Source of the DNA: Candidatus Latescibacterota bacterium
GTDB lineage: Bacteria > Latescibacterota > UBA2968 > UBA8231
DNA length: 17,535 nt
Assembly (NCBI GenBank): GCA_965205655.1
Contig: CBDBIJ010000021.1
Coordinates: 1 to 17,535, forward strand
Direction: 5' to 3'
Each line of letters starts with the position of its first letter. Position 1 is the stretch's first letter. The translations under genes and the position numbers were made by a program. This document shows, in pieces, positions 7,570 through 16,418 of this stretch. The notes beneath the pieces are model-generated. The model was not told the origin of the DNA, ran no database searches, and saw only the letters and a program-made list of their open reading frames with translations.

Positions 7570-8973
7570 TTACGAGAACCATAGCGAGAACACCTCCGCG
7601 TTCTGAAGTCTGAGCCGCACGCCCCGCATCTCGGCTTGCCCGTCCCTCGGAGCGGGACTTCGCCACCTGATGATGTGGTCGAGCGAGTCGCCGTCGAAAG
7701 GCATGCACGCGTCGCGCTCGAACCCGGGCACGACCGTCCCGGCCTCGTCCACCAGCTCCGCCGTGATCTGACCTCTTGCTGCGTCGGCGTTGAGGTGGAG
7801 CTCCGTGCCGGCAGGCACGGGCACCGTGACGACTTCGCCCCCGTCGCCGGCTCGAAGCCCGACGAGTCGGTCCCTTTGCCAGGTCGCCAGTCCGATAGCC
7901 CGCTTCCAGTCGCCCTTCTTCTGGGCGCCGTGGGGATGGTCCATCGCGAAGTAGTAGAGCCGGATCTCGTCGCCGTCCTCGACGAATGTCTTGGCCGAGC
8001 GCAGAAAGCCGCCGTCCCACTCGCTTCGCCTGCTCACCTCGAGGATGCGCCTGCGGTCTCCGACTCGCTCCCAGGTCCGGCCGTCCCGGCTGCTGATGAG
8101 CTGGATGTCCATGACGCCCTGCGCGTTCAGGCCTAACGTGCCCATGGCGTCCGTCGAGCGCAGGATGTCCATGAAGCCCAGGAGCAGGGGGCCGTACCTG
8201 AATAGCGGGATGCCGTAGACCTGCGAGGCCTTGTTCGGATCACCGTCCGTCCACTCGTCATCGATTTCGTCGGGGATCACGGCTGGAAGTGGCAGCGTCC
8301 AGTCGTAGGCGTCCTCGCTCACGGTCCAGTTCTGAGTGCGGCGATTCCTGCCCCGGATCTCGTAGTATCGCTTGACCATGCCGCGAAACAGCTTCTCGCG
8401 CTCGTCATACATGAAATATCCGACATCGCCGAAGCGGGGAATCACCGGCTCCGTCGACCATTCCGTCCAGTTCAGCCCGTCGTCGGAAAAACGGACGTAG
8501 TGGCTGTGCCCGCTGAATGCGAGCAGGGTGTATCGACGGCCCGGTCCCATATGGGGCGTGCGCATTACGCTTGACATCTGGTGGGGGCGGCTCTCCGGAT
8601 CGAGGAAGACGTTGTTCCTGGTTGATCCCGTGGGGTCGGCGAATTGGCCCAGCGACGGCAAGCGCCACTCGACGCCGTCGTCGCTCTCGGCGTACGTCGC
8701 CCACTGGCGGCTCTTCGACTCGCCGCTCCCCCCGACCCCCGATCCGTACCACATGCGGTAGATGCCGTCCTCCTTCAGCACCGTCCCGAGCATGGCCTGG
8801 CCTGACTCCCACTCGCGGTCGCACCTCAGGACCGGGTTGCCCTCGAACTTCTTGCCCGGGTGGATGTGGCGCTGGAGGCCCGCCATCGACTGGACCTGAG
8901 CGTCGTCGATGAAGAGGACTCGCTCGGCGAGGACTCGGTCTCCGGAGCTGCGAGAGCTCGTGCCCGGCGTCAT
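7570..8973 (-). CDS. Uncharacterised beta-propeller protein, glycoside hydrolase (GH32/43/130-like) fold, paralog B
   Basis: LFIDD...KFEGNPVL...YRMWY...YAESDDGVEW...SRDGRTWERV...WDGG...LYY...RDRLVGL and C-terminal LHLNADA...GDSLDH domain; start set at ATG 8973, which overlaps the upstream TGA (ATGA). Confidence 0.7.
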   Translation of the reverse strand: MTPGTSSRSSGDRVLAERVLFIDDAQVQSMAGLQRHIHPGKKFEGNPVLRCDREWESGQAMLGTVLKEDGIYRMWYGSGVGGSGESKSRQWATYAESDDGVEWRLPSLGQFADPTGSTRNNVFLDPESRPHQMSSVMRTPHMGPGRRYTLLAFSGHSHYVRFSDDGLNWTEWSTEPVIPRFGDVGYFMYDEREKLFRGMVKRYYEIRGRNRRTQNWTVSEDAYDWTLPLPAVIPDEIDDEWTDGDPNKASQVYGIPLFRYGPLLLGFMDILRSTDAMGTLGLNAQGVMDIQLISSRDGRTWERVGDRRRILEVSRRSEWDGGFLRSAKTFVEDGDEIRLYYFAMDHPHGAQKKGDWKRAIGLATWQRDRLVGLRAGDGGEVVTVPVPAGTELHLNADAARGQITAELVDEAGTVVPGFERDACMPFDGDSLDHIIRWRSPAPRDGQAEMRGVRLRLQNAEVFSLWFS

Positions 8974-10364
8974 TGCTCCCACCACAGTGAGAAGAGCTCG
9001 GTATCTCGTAGCTCGAGGTGGATGCGAACCGTTCGACCAGCCAGCGACGACACGGCGCCCTTATTCCACTCGAGTGCATGGTCGAGAGAGTCGCCGTTCG
9101 CGAGCGGCTCGCTGTCAGCGACCGAGAAGCCTTCTATCGGTGTCCCATCTTCGTCCAACAGCGCGGCGGCCAGACTCCCGCTGGAGGCGTCGGCATTGAC
9201 GTGCAGCGCGCCTGCGGCCACCGTCGCCGAGGTCTCGACGACGCCCTCGCCCGGGGCCACCAGTCCGACAAACCGATCCCTCGGCCAGGATGCCATACCG
9301 ATGCTCTTCGTCCACGCACTCCGCAGAAGAGCACCGGCCGTCCTCCGGCAACCGGTATAGTAGGCAACAACCCTGTCTCCGTCCTCGACGAGCGAGTTGC
9401 CCATCCACACGAGTCCGCTATCCCAAAACGAGTCACCAGACTCGTCCGAGTCGTCGTCCGACCCGGCACCACGCTCTAGGATGGGGCGTCGGTCTCCGAC
9501 CCTGTGCCAGGTCTTGCCGTCTCTGCTGCACACCAACTGGACATCCATCTCGGCGTCGAGTCCGCCGCCGGTCACCCGGCCCCGCAACACCTGGAGGAAG
9601 CCCAGAAGCACCGGACCGTAACGCGTGATCGGCATCGCCGGGAAGAAGGTCCTGTTGCTGCCCGCCCGTTCGGTGTCTGCCTCGTCGGCCGTGAGGACGG
9701 GGCGAGGGAGGGACCACTCGAGCCCATCCGCGCTCTGCGTCGAGAACAGCTCCGTCTCCAACCGTTCATAGGCAACCAGTCCCCGAAACCTCTCGTCGAC
9801 CTCGTCGTACATGAACCAACCGCCCCCTTCATAGCCGGGGAGGACAGGAGTCTCCCGCCCGTCGCTCCACCGCAGCCCGTCGTCGGAGTAGGCGACGAAA
9901 TGGCCGTTGTACGGCAGGTCGTAGCCCACACCATAAGAGAGCATCGTGTAGGCGCGTCCACTCGGCGCGTGGGGCGTATGCAGCACGGATGGGTTGGTGT
10001 CCCTGGTGAACCTCGTCCTGATGAAGGCGATGTTGTTCGCGGTCGAACCCATCGCGCCTTCGGTCATGCCGAGTTCGGGCTTCGACCACGCGAGACCATC
10101 GTCGCTCTCGGCGTAAAGATGGAGCGAGCGGATGAAGGAGTCGACCCCGTCGGGGTCCGGAGCAGTGGCGTAAGACTGGTACCACATCCGGTACCGATCA
10201 GCCTCCTTGCGGACGGTCCCCAGGGTCGTCTCTGACCCCTCCCAGTCGCTGTCGGACGTGAGGACCGGGTTTCCCTCGTACTTGCGGGCTGGGTGGATAC
10301 GGCGTTCCACGCCTGCCGACGAAGTGATCTGGGCGTCGTCGATGAAGAGGATCTTGTTCATCAC
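8970..10364 (-). CDS. Uncharacterised beta-propeller protein, glycoside hydrolase (GH32/43/130-like) fold, paralog A
   Basis: Same motif order as the neighbour: LFIDD, KYEGNPVL, YRMWY, YAESDDGLAW, SRDGKTWHRV, WDSG, YYTG, RDRFVGL, LHVNADA, GDSLDH. Start GTG 10364 or ATG 10361. Confidence 0.7.
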   Translation of the reverse strand: MMNKILFIDDAQITSSAGVERRIHPARKYEGNPVLTSDSDWEGSETTLGTVRKEADRYRMWYQSYATAPDPDGVDSFIRSLHLYAESDDGLAWSKPELGMTEGAMGSTANNIAFIRTRFTRDTNPSVLHTPHAPSGRAYTMLSYGVGYDLPYNGHFVAYSDDGLRWSDGRETPVLPGYEGGGWFMYDEVDERFRGLVAYERLETELFSTQSADGLEWSLPRPVLTADEADTERAGSNRTFFPAMPITRYGPVLLGFLQVLRGRVTGGGLDAEMDVQLVCSRDGKTWHRVGDRRPILERGAGSDDDSDESGDSFWDSGLVWMGNSLVEDGDRVVAYYTGCRRTAGALLRSAWTKSIGMASWPRDRFVGLVAPGEGVVETSATVAAGALHVNADASSGSLAAALLDEDGTPIEGFSVADSEPLANGDSLDHALEWNKGAVSSLAGRTVRIHLELRDTELFSLWWEQ

Positions 10365-10370
10365 GGCGAG

Positions 10371-11279
10371 TTATGTTGCCTCAGCCCGCCTCAGCTCCTT
10401 TGATTCTATCTGCTTTATGATCGCAGCGTAGTCCAGCTCGGCGTTGCCGTTCTGGACAAAGTCGTCGTAGAGCTCGGCGGCCCTGGCGCCGAGTGGTGTG
10501 TAGGCACCGAAATGGCCGGCGGCGTTTTGACTGAGAATGAGGTCTTTGAGCATCAAGGAACTGCTGAAGCCGGGGCGATAGTCATCATTGGCAGCGGAGG
10601 TCGGGACCATATCGGGTACCGGATGGTTGGTGTTGAGCACCCAGCAGTTGCCTGAGGATCGGGACACGATTTCGTGGAACGTTTTGGCATTGAGCCCGAG
10701 TTTGTCTGCGAGCCGGAACGCTTCGGCGACGGCGACTACCGAGATGCCGAGGATCATGTTGTTGCAGATCTTGGCGGCCTGGCCGGCCCCGGCCGGTCCG
10801 ACGTGCACGATGGAATTGCCCATCGCCTCGAGGATCGGCCTCGCCCTGATGACATCACCGTCTTCGCCACCCACCATAAAGGTGAGCGTGGCCCCTTCGG
10901 CTCCCGGCACGCCGCCGGAGACGGGGGCGTCGATCATGGTCATTCCGGCAGCGACGGCCTCAGTGGATAAGGCTCGCGCTGTGCTTACGTCGATGGTAGA
11001 TGAGTCGATGAAAAGAGTGCTTTCTGCCGCTTGCGCAAACATGCCCGCATCGCCAGATAAGACCTCAGTGACGACCTCGCCGGTGCGGAGCATGGTTATG
11101 ACGCAGTCGACGTCACGGGCCAGGCCATCTCGAGTTGCGCGTTCGGCGCGGTCTGCGACGAGCGCCTCAACTGCGGCTTCGGCCTTATCGTAAACTTTGA
11201 GGGTGTGGCCGGCCTTGAGCAGATTTCGCGCCATGGGGGCGCCCATGGCGCCTAGGCCGACCATGCCGATTGTTGCCAT
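10371..11279 (-). CDS. mmsB: 3-hydroxyisobutyrate dehydrogenase
   Basis: GLGAMGAPMARNL, IDSSTID, DAPVSGG, TLTFMVGG, AKICNNMILGI, SSGNCW, P..VPTSAANDDYRPGF..LMLKDL; SD AAAGGAG upstream. Confidence 0.88.
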   Translation of the reverse strand: MATIGMVGLGAMGAPMARNLLKAGHTLKVYDKAEAAVEALVADRAERATRDGLARDVDCVITMLRTGEVVTEVLSGDAGMFAQAAESTLFIDSSTIDVSTARALSTEAVAAGMTMIDAPVSGGVPGAEGATLTFMVGGEDGDVIRARPILEAMGNSIVHVGPAGAGQAAKICNNMILGISVVAVAEAFRLADKLGLNAKTFHEIVSRSSGNCWVLNTNHPVPDMVPTSAANDDYRPGFSSSLMLKDLILSQNAAGHFGAYTPLGARAAELYDDFVQNGNAELDYAAIIKQIESKELRRAEAT

Positions 11280-11292
11280 GTTTGGCTCCTTT

Positions 11293-12072
11293 CTAGGAGC
11301 TGGCGCGCATACGCAGCAAGGGTCGTGAAAAGCTTACTTCCATGTCGAAGTCTTTTCGCAGTGAGCGGGTCCCCGGGTTCATGAAGTGGATGGCGAAGGC
11401 GCGACGCTGGCGATCGGTGCTGTTGCGCGGTGTGTGGTGGAGAGTCTGACAGTGATGGAACATGACGCCGCCGGCCGGCAGCTCGATGACCTCGGCAGCA
11501 GAGGCGTCAATCTTGTCGCCAACATCGAAGAGCGGCGTGCCTTGCTCGCGCTCGTGTGCGACCGGTTGGAGGTGTGAGCCGGGGATCACGTGCATGGCGC
11601 CGTTGTGGACGTCGACGTCGTCCAACGTCATCCAGCAGCTGACGAGATTGGCCGGAGCACACTGCCAGTAGCCGTTGTCCTGATGCCAGTGAATGGGACC
11701 TCCGCGGTGGGCCGGTTTGTAGAGCGCCTGGTCGTGGAAGAGCTGAAGATTCGGCCCGATCAGGTCTTCGGCGATGTCCAGAATACGCTGATGATACAAC
11801 AACCTGCGGAAGATGATACTGCGCTCGCACATCTGCATGATCTGCAGCATCTCTTCAGCCGCTTCGGTGGCCGCCCCACCGTCGGCGCTGGAGAGGTTGC
11901 GCATCCGCGCCGTCTGGCGGGCTTCGGCGAAGAGCCGGTCGTACTCGTCCCGCAGTTCCAGCAGTTCATCGTTTTCCAGGAGCTTGCCGATGACGGCGAA
12001 CCCCCGCTGGCGAAACCGGTCGAGTTGCTCCTGGGTGAGGGCGCGCAGAGCGGCGGAAGTGGCTGTCGTCAT
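11293..12072 (-). CDS. Phytanoyl-CoA dioxygenase (PhyH) family Fe(II)/2-oxoglutarate dioxygenase
   Basis: LTQEQLDRFRQRGF, WHQD (HxD), NGAMHVIPGSH, distal His in TLHHT, N.TDRQRRA. Start moved to ATG 12072 to avoid overlap with the S2P gene. Confidence 0.92.
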   Translation of the reverse strand: MTTATSAALRALTQEQLDRFRQRGFAVIGKLLENDELLELRDEYDRLFAEARQTARMRNLSSADGGAATEAAEEMLQIMQMCERSIIFRRLLYHQRILDIAEDLIGPNLQLFHDQALYKPAHRGGPIHWHQDNGYWQCAPANLVSCWMTLDDVDVHNGAMHVIPGSHLQPVAHEREQGTPLFDVGDKIDASAAEVIELPAGGVMFHHCQTLHHTPRNSTDRQRRAFAIHFMNPGTRSLRKDFDMEVSFSRPLLRMRASS

Positions 12073-12115
12073 CGCGTTTTGTTCCCGTCGATAATCGCTG
12101 CGCGCCGATCCGAGA

Positions 12116-13177
12116 TCATGGGGCCGTTTCGACCTCAGGAAGCGGGACTTCGATCGTGCACATGACCGAAAGCAACACGACAAGCACTGTGTACTGCAGG
12201 AGGGTTTTGTCGTCCCCCCCCTCCGGGGCCTGTTTGCCGAAAGCCCGGAACAGGGCCGCTAGCAATAGCAAAATCAGTAGCCCCTCTCCAGTGTAGAACC
12301 ACATCACTCCAAGGCCAGCCACGGCACTCCATCGCTGCCTGGTGTTCATTGCGCGGAACCCGCGGCCTCCGTCGAGTGGCGAAATCGGCAACAGATTGAA
12401 GAGGTTGATCCACGCCGCGACTCTCGCGATCGCCGACAGGCCGGCCCAGCCGGTCGCAAGGAAGAGACCATAGGTTGCAGCTGCTGCCACCAGCCCCCAT
12501 ATCGGACCCGCCAATCCGACACGGGCATCTTCCACCGGACCAGTCGGATGCTGCTTCATCCTGATAAACGCTCCAAGGCCGGGAATGAAGGCTGGTGCCG
12601 AGGCTCTGATACCGAATCGCCTCAGCGCCGCGATGTGCCCCATCTCGTGTACGTAGATCGAGAGCACCAGGCCCAGGGCGAACCGCCATCCCCAGACAGT
12701 CCAGTAGAGACCAAACGAAAGCAGCATGGAAAAGAGGGTGCTGGCCTTGGTCAATCCCATGAGCAGCAGCTTGCCTTTGGTCGCGACAAACGCGACGACA
12801 AACTTGAACTTCCACAGCAGCAGACCCAGACCGCCAAGAGCCAACCCGCTCCGGACCCAGACCGGACGCGCCGCCGCTCTCCTGCCCCCCTGGTCTGTCA
12901 GGTCCGGGTGGGTGTCGATGTTCTCACTCAGCGTGGAAACCTTGTCGCTGACTGAGGCGTACTGTCTGGACTTGACGGGCAGCAATTCGAGAGCGCTCCG
13001 CCACAGGCCCAGCGCTTCTACCTGTCGTCCCTGAGCCTCCGCTTCTTGGGCGTCGGCTGCAACCTGCTTCAGAGTATCAGCATGCAGCAGGCGCTGGCAG
13101 CCGGGGCAGCTCAGCAGTCCCGGAGCGAGAGCGGTGTTGCAGTTCGGGCAGACGGTCGGCGGGGGCGCTTCACTCAT
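12116..13177 (-). CDS. Site-2 protease (peptidase M50) with N-terminal zinc-ribbon and TPR-like helices
   Basis: HEMGH, VGLAGP, NLFNLLPISPLDGG motifs; multiple TMs; N-terminal CPNC...CPGC; ATG 13177 overlaps the upstream stop (ATGAGTGA). Confidence 0.92.
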   Translation of the reverse strand: MSEAPPPTVCPNCNTALAPGLLSCPGCQRLLHADTLKQVAADAQEAEAQGRQVEALGLWRSALELLPVKSRQYASVSDKVSTLSENIDTHPDLTDQGGRRAAARPVWVRSGLALGGLGLLLWKFKFVVAFVATKGKLLLMGLTKASTLFSMLLSFGLYWTVWGWRFALGLVLSIYVHEMGHIAALRRFGIRASAPAFIPGLGAFIRMKQHPTGPVEDARVGLAGPIWGLVAAAATYGLFLATGWAGLSAIARVAAWINLFNLLPISPLDGGRGFRAMNTRQRWSAVAGLGVMWFYTGEGLLILLLLAALFRAFGKQAPEGGDDKTLLQYTVLVVLLSVMCTIEVPLPEVETAP

Positions 13178-14163
13178 TTTCGCTGTGTGAGTTCGCGGGC
13201 TGGTCAGCTGCGGGCTGCAACCGCAAGGGGCCATTGATCTGTATCTCGACACGTTTGTTGAGCTTCCAGGCCTCGTACAGACTAATGCCGATAATGATGA
13301 GACCTAGAATGTTGTCGAATCCTGCCAGGAAGGGAACCGCGCAGGCGATCGCTAGCAGAACTACGGCAAGGACGAAGAATGCGATCAGGCCTCCGACAAG
13401 ATTGAGTTCCTCCTGATCCGCTACCGTCGCGTCCCCTTCCTCCCCGACCACATCGCCGTCCGCGCTCCCAGAAGCTCCGTGCTCCCGATCTGAGATGTCC
13501 TCGACCACGCTCACTCCGTCATCTTCGTCGAAAAACTCCTCCAGTATATCCGGAACATAGGTGCTGACGATCGACAGATAAGTCAGTGTCATCGCCAGTC
13601 CCTGGTAGGTCCATCCGCCTCGACGCCGGGCGCCGGCGCGGACGGCAACCCCGACCATCAACCCGATCACGATTGCCACCAGGCCTATCTCGTAACCCGT
13701 CAGCTCCGTAATCGCGTACCAGATGCCAGAGCCCGCAGCCGCCGCCGGGAGGCCGTAGAGGGTGGCGCGGACAAACCGGCGCATGCCCGCGCCCTCGCTG
13801 TGAAAGCTTTCGAGCTTCTGCCTTGCATGAGGCGCAGACCACCTGGCCCAGTGCCTCGTAGTACGAGTCGGCCAGCGGGTTCCGGCATGATTCGCAGCTA
13901 CCGCCCCGAGCTGCAGGATCGCTCGACTCGACCTCGTCGAACTGCACGTCCTCTGCTTCGTCCGAAGATCTGTCCTCTGTGCTCATGTCTTTCTCGTTGC
14001 GGCATGAGGCGCAGACCACCTGGCCCAGTGCCTCGTAGTACGAGTCGGCCAGCGGGTTCCGGCATGATTCGCAGCTACCGCCCCGAGCTGCAGGATCGCT
14101 CGACTCGACCTCGTCGAACTGCACGTCCTCTGCTTCGTCCGAAGATCTGTCCTCTGTGCTCAT
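13170..14163 (-). pseudogene. Frameshifted membrane protein with duplicated N-terminal CxxC...CxxC zinc-ribbon
   Basis: ORF 13519..14163 gives the doubled N-terminus (CESC...CASC x2); ORF 13170..13784 gives the TM C-terminus; removing one base near 13816-13822 joins them (CKAELESFHSEGAGMRRFVRA). May be an assembly/sequencing error. Confidence 0.65.
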
Positions 14164-14180
14164 GTCTTTCTCGTTGCGGC
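13825..14180. repeat. 177-bp perfect tandem duplication
   Basis: 13825-14001 repeats at 14002-14178, plus 2-nt GC microhomology; equals 59 codons, in frame. Confidence 0.95.
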
Positions 14181-14226
14181 TCTCATATTAGGCCGATCCC
14201 TGCGCCCCGGCGTCCGAGCAGCGGGC

Positions 14227-15219
14227 TCAGTGACTCCAGCCCCCCTGGATCTGCTCGATGAAGCGCCTCGCGTTGCCGGAAAAGTGATCTTCAACTTCGT
14301 CTCGCGACAGACCGAGTATGTCGGCCACCTGTTTCTCCTGACGCAGCTGCTCGTAGATGACGAGGGTCGCTCGTGGGTCGCAGTGCGATAGATCCTCGAA
14401 GCCGGTAAACAGATCCCACGCCCGCGCATACGTCGCGTACTTACCGCGATCACATCCCGCTACGATGTTGTCGGAGCCGAACATCACTCGGGAGCGGTCC
14501 TCGTGCTTCATCAGCAGAAAATGGCTGTACATGTCGTTCACCGCTGAGGTATCGTACCAGATGTTCGGCAACCCGGTCAGAAAGTGGATGGCCTCTTCCA
14601 TCATGAATGCGTTAAAGGCGCGCGCGCAGTGGGCGAGAATCCACTGCGCGCCCGAATACTCGCGCGTATAGCGCTCCAGATCCTCTTGGTTGACAGCGTC
14701 GGCCGGCCCGGTCGGCATCGACAGGTGCATGGTGATTGCCAGCTTCATGTCGTGGGCGAGCTCGATCAGGTGTTCGGGCAGAAAGTCGCGAATGCGCGCG
14801 TTGGCGGGATCGGCAGCGAACGTTCGGTACGGCTTGAGGCCGAAGAATCGGTGATTCTTCACCTGCTTGGCCACGTACTCGGCGGTCATGTTCGGCGTTA
14901 CGAGCATGTTGACGACCGAGGCCGGATCGGCACTCATCTGTTCCGCCATCCAGTCGTTGTGACCCGGCGCATCCAGGCCGGGTACGGGCGTGCCGAGGAT
15001 GAGGTAGTGCATCTCGCGGCCGGGGTATAGCTTTTCCGCCCAGGCCAGGTGGTCTCTGTAGTCGTACTCGGCGCGAAGGTTGGTGGCAGGCCTTTCCTGC
15101 GAGCCCCGGTGCTCCTCTGACCAGATGTGAGCGTGCATGTCGTAGACGACCGAGGGCACAAACTCCTCCAGCTCTTTCTCCCAGATGTCGCGGTCGAAGT
15201 CGGTGTAGTCATGCGTCAT
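14227..15219 (-). CDS. Amidohydrolase family protein (Amidohydro_2-type TIM barrel)
   Basis: YDMHAH (HxH), FGLKPY, TMH, LAHCAR, WYDTSA, VMFGSD. Confidence 0.88.
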   Translation of the reverse strand: MTHDYTDFDRDIWEKELEEFVPSVVYDMHAHIWSEEHRGSQERPATNLRAEYDYRDHLAWAEKLYPGREMHYLILGTPVPGLDAPGHNDWMAEQMSADPASVVNMLVTPNMTAEYVAKQVKNHRFFGLKPYRTFAADPANARIRDFLPEHLIELAHDMKLAITMHLSMPTGPADAVNQEDLERYTREYSGAQWILAHCARAFNAFMMEEAIHFLTGLPNIWYDTSAVNDMYSHFLLMKHEDRSRVMFGSDNIVAGCDRGKYATYARAWDLFTGFEDLSHCDPRATLVIYEQLRQEKQVADILGLSRDEVEDHFSGNARRFIEQIQGGWSH

Positions 15220-15226
15220 GCGAACG

Positions 15227-16330
15227 TCAATCTTTCTCCTCCATGCGGCAGCAGCGCACGTAGGTGACGTGCTCCTCGGTCACATAGAAGGCGGCGACAA
15301 TGGTTCCGTTTGAAAGCTGCGCTACAGATGGCGTGCCAAAAGTGAAATGGTGATATGACTCGAGGACACTCCCGACGACGTCACGCTTCTTCGACAGCAC
15401 GGGTGCGCTCCTGACGCGGGCCGGCTCGATCCCCCAGAGCTCGAGGTGCTGGTCTTCCCCGAAACTCTCACCGCCGTCATTAGATAGAAGGGCGCGCACG
15501 CCCATCGGTTCGCGGCGGTGGTTGGTCACGGCGATCACGCGGCCGCTCTGCAGACCGAGCACGTCGGATACCTGGCCCCAGAATCCGGCGTCCTGCGGAT
15601 CGCTCCAGGTCTCGCCGGCGTCTTTCGAGAAAGAGGTGTGGACGTTGACGCCCACGTCTTCTTTCAAGTCGTGGGTCCAGAAGGCAGCCAGCAGACTGTC
15701 GCCTGAAAGCCGGGTCAGGCGCAGGTCGAAGAAGTACAACCCACTGTCACCCGGCCCCTGGATGCGTCGCCACGGCTCCCACGAGCGCCCGCCGTCGTGA
15801 GATCGGGTGATCATGGCCGCCCAATCCGGCAGCTCGTCGTCGCTTCGATCCTCACCCCACTCACCGGCGGCGATCAGCGTGCCATCTGCCATGGTCACCA
15901 GGTTGCCACCAGGACCCATGCGATCGAAAGGAGCGCTGTCTATGGGATCGAACTCCGACCAGCTGTCGCCGCGGTCCTGAGAGCGGGCAACGAAGAGACC
16001 ATCACCCGTCTTGCTCTCAGGGTAGCGCACACAGGCGATCGTCTCCCCTTCTGCGGTTACTCCGAAGCCGCCGGGAAGCCGCCAGCCTTCATCTGCGTCC
16101 CTCAGCTGGAGCAGCTCGCCGGCGCCATCCCAGGTCACTCCCCCGTCGGCTGATCGATGAATCTTCACAACGCCGTCGTCGCTCTCGCGCGCGGTCCCAT
16201 GCCGGCACATGCACAGAAGAGTGTCGTCGGGCAATGCCTGAATCGACGGAAAGGCGACGTACTCGCTTTTCAGATTGGCGTGGGCATTGCGATAGATCTC
16301 GCTGTGCCCCAACACTTCGAAATGAGCCAT
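15227..16330 (-). CDS. BNR/Asp-box repeat protein (sialidase-like beta-propeller)
   Basis: Five Asp-boxes: SADGGVTW, SQDRGDSW, SHDGGRSW, SKDAGETW, SNDGGESF; no signal peptide seen. Confidence 0.85.
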   Translation of the reverse strand: MAHFEVLGHSEIYRNAHANLKSEYVAFPSIQALPDDTLLCMCRHGTARESDDGVVKIHRSADGGVTWDGAGELLQLRDADEGWRLPGGFGVTAEGETIACVRYPESKTGDGLFVARSQDRGDSWSEFDPIDSAPFDRMGPGGNLVTMADGTLIAAGEWGEDRSDDELPDWAAMITRSHDGGRSWEPWRRIQGPGDSGLYFFDLRLTRLSGDSLLAAFWTHDLKEDVGVNVHTSFSKDAGETWSDPQDAGFWGQVSDVLGLQSGRVIAVTNHRREPMGVRALLSNDGGESFGEDQHLELWGIEPARVRSAPVLSKKRDVVGSVLESYHHFTFGTPSVAQLSNGTIVAAFYVTEEHVTYVRCCRMEEKD

Positions 16331-16356
16331 GTCTCACCGGCCGCTAGGTGCCCACA

Positions 16357-16400
16357 TTGACACAGGACGGAATAGTACGCGTACTCTTTGTGGGACTCAA
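16357..16400. promoter_or_regulatory. Overlapping divergent promoter candidates with central 12-bp palindrome
   Basis: Minus: TTGAGT (16400-16395)-N17-TACTAT (16377-16372). Plus: TTGACA (16357-16362)-N19-TACTCT (16382-16387). Palindrome AGTACGCGTACT 16374-16385. Confidence 0.5.
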
Positions 16401-16418
16401 CAAGTACACAGTGAAAAG

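Noticed and set aside
12073..12183. Longer PhyH start given by the ORF track
   Set aside because: Overlaps the S2P 3' end; PhyH-like sequence begins only after ATG 12072.
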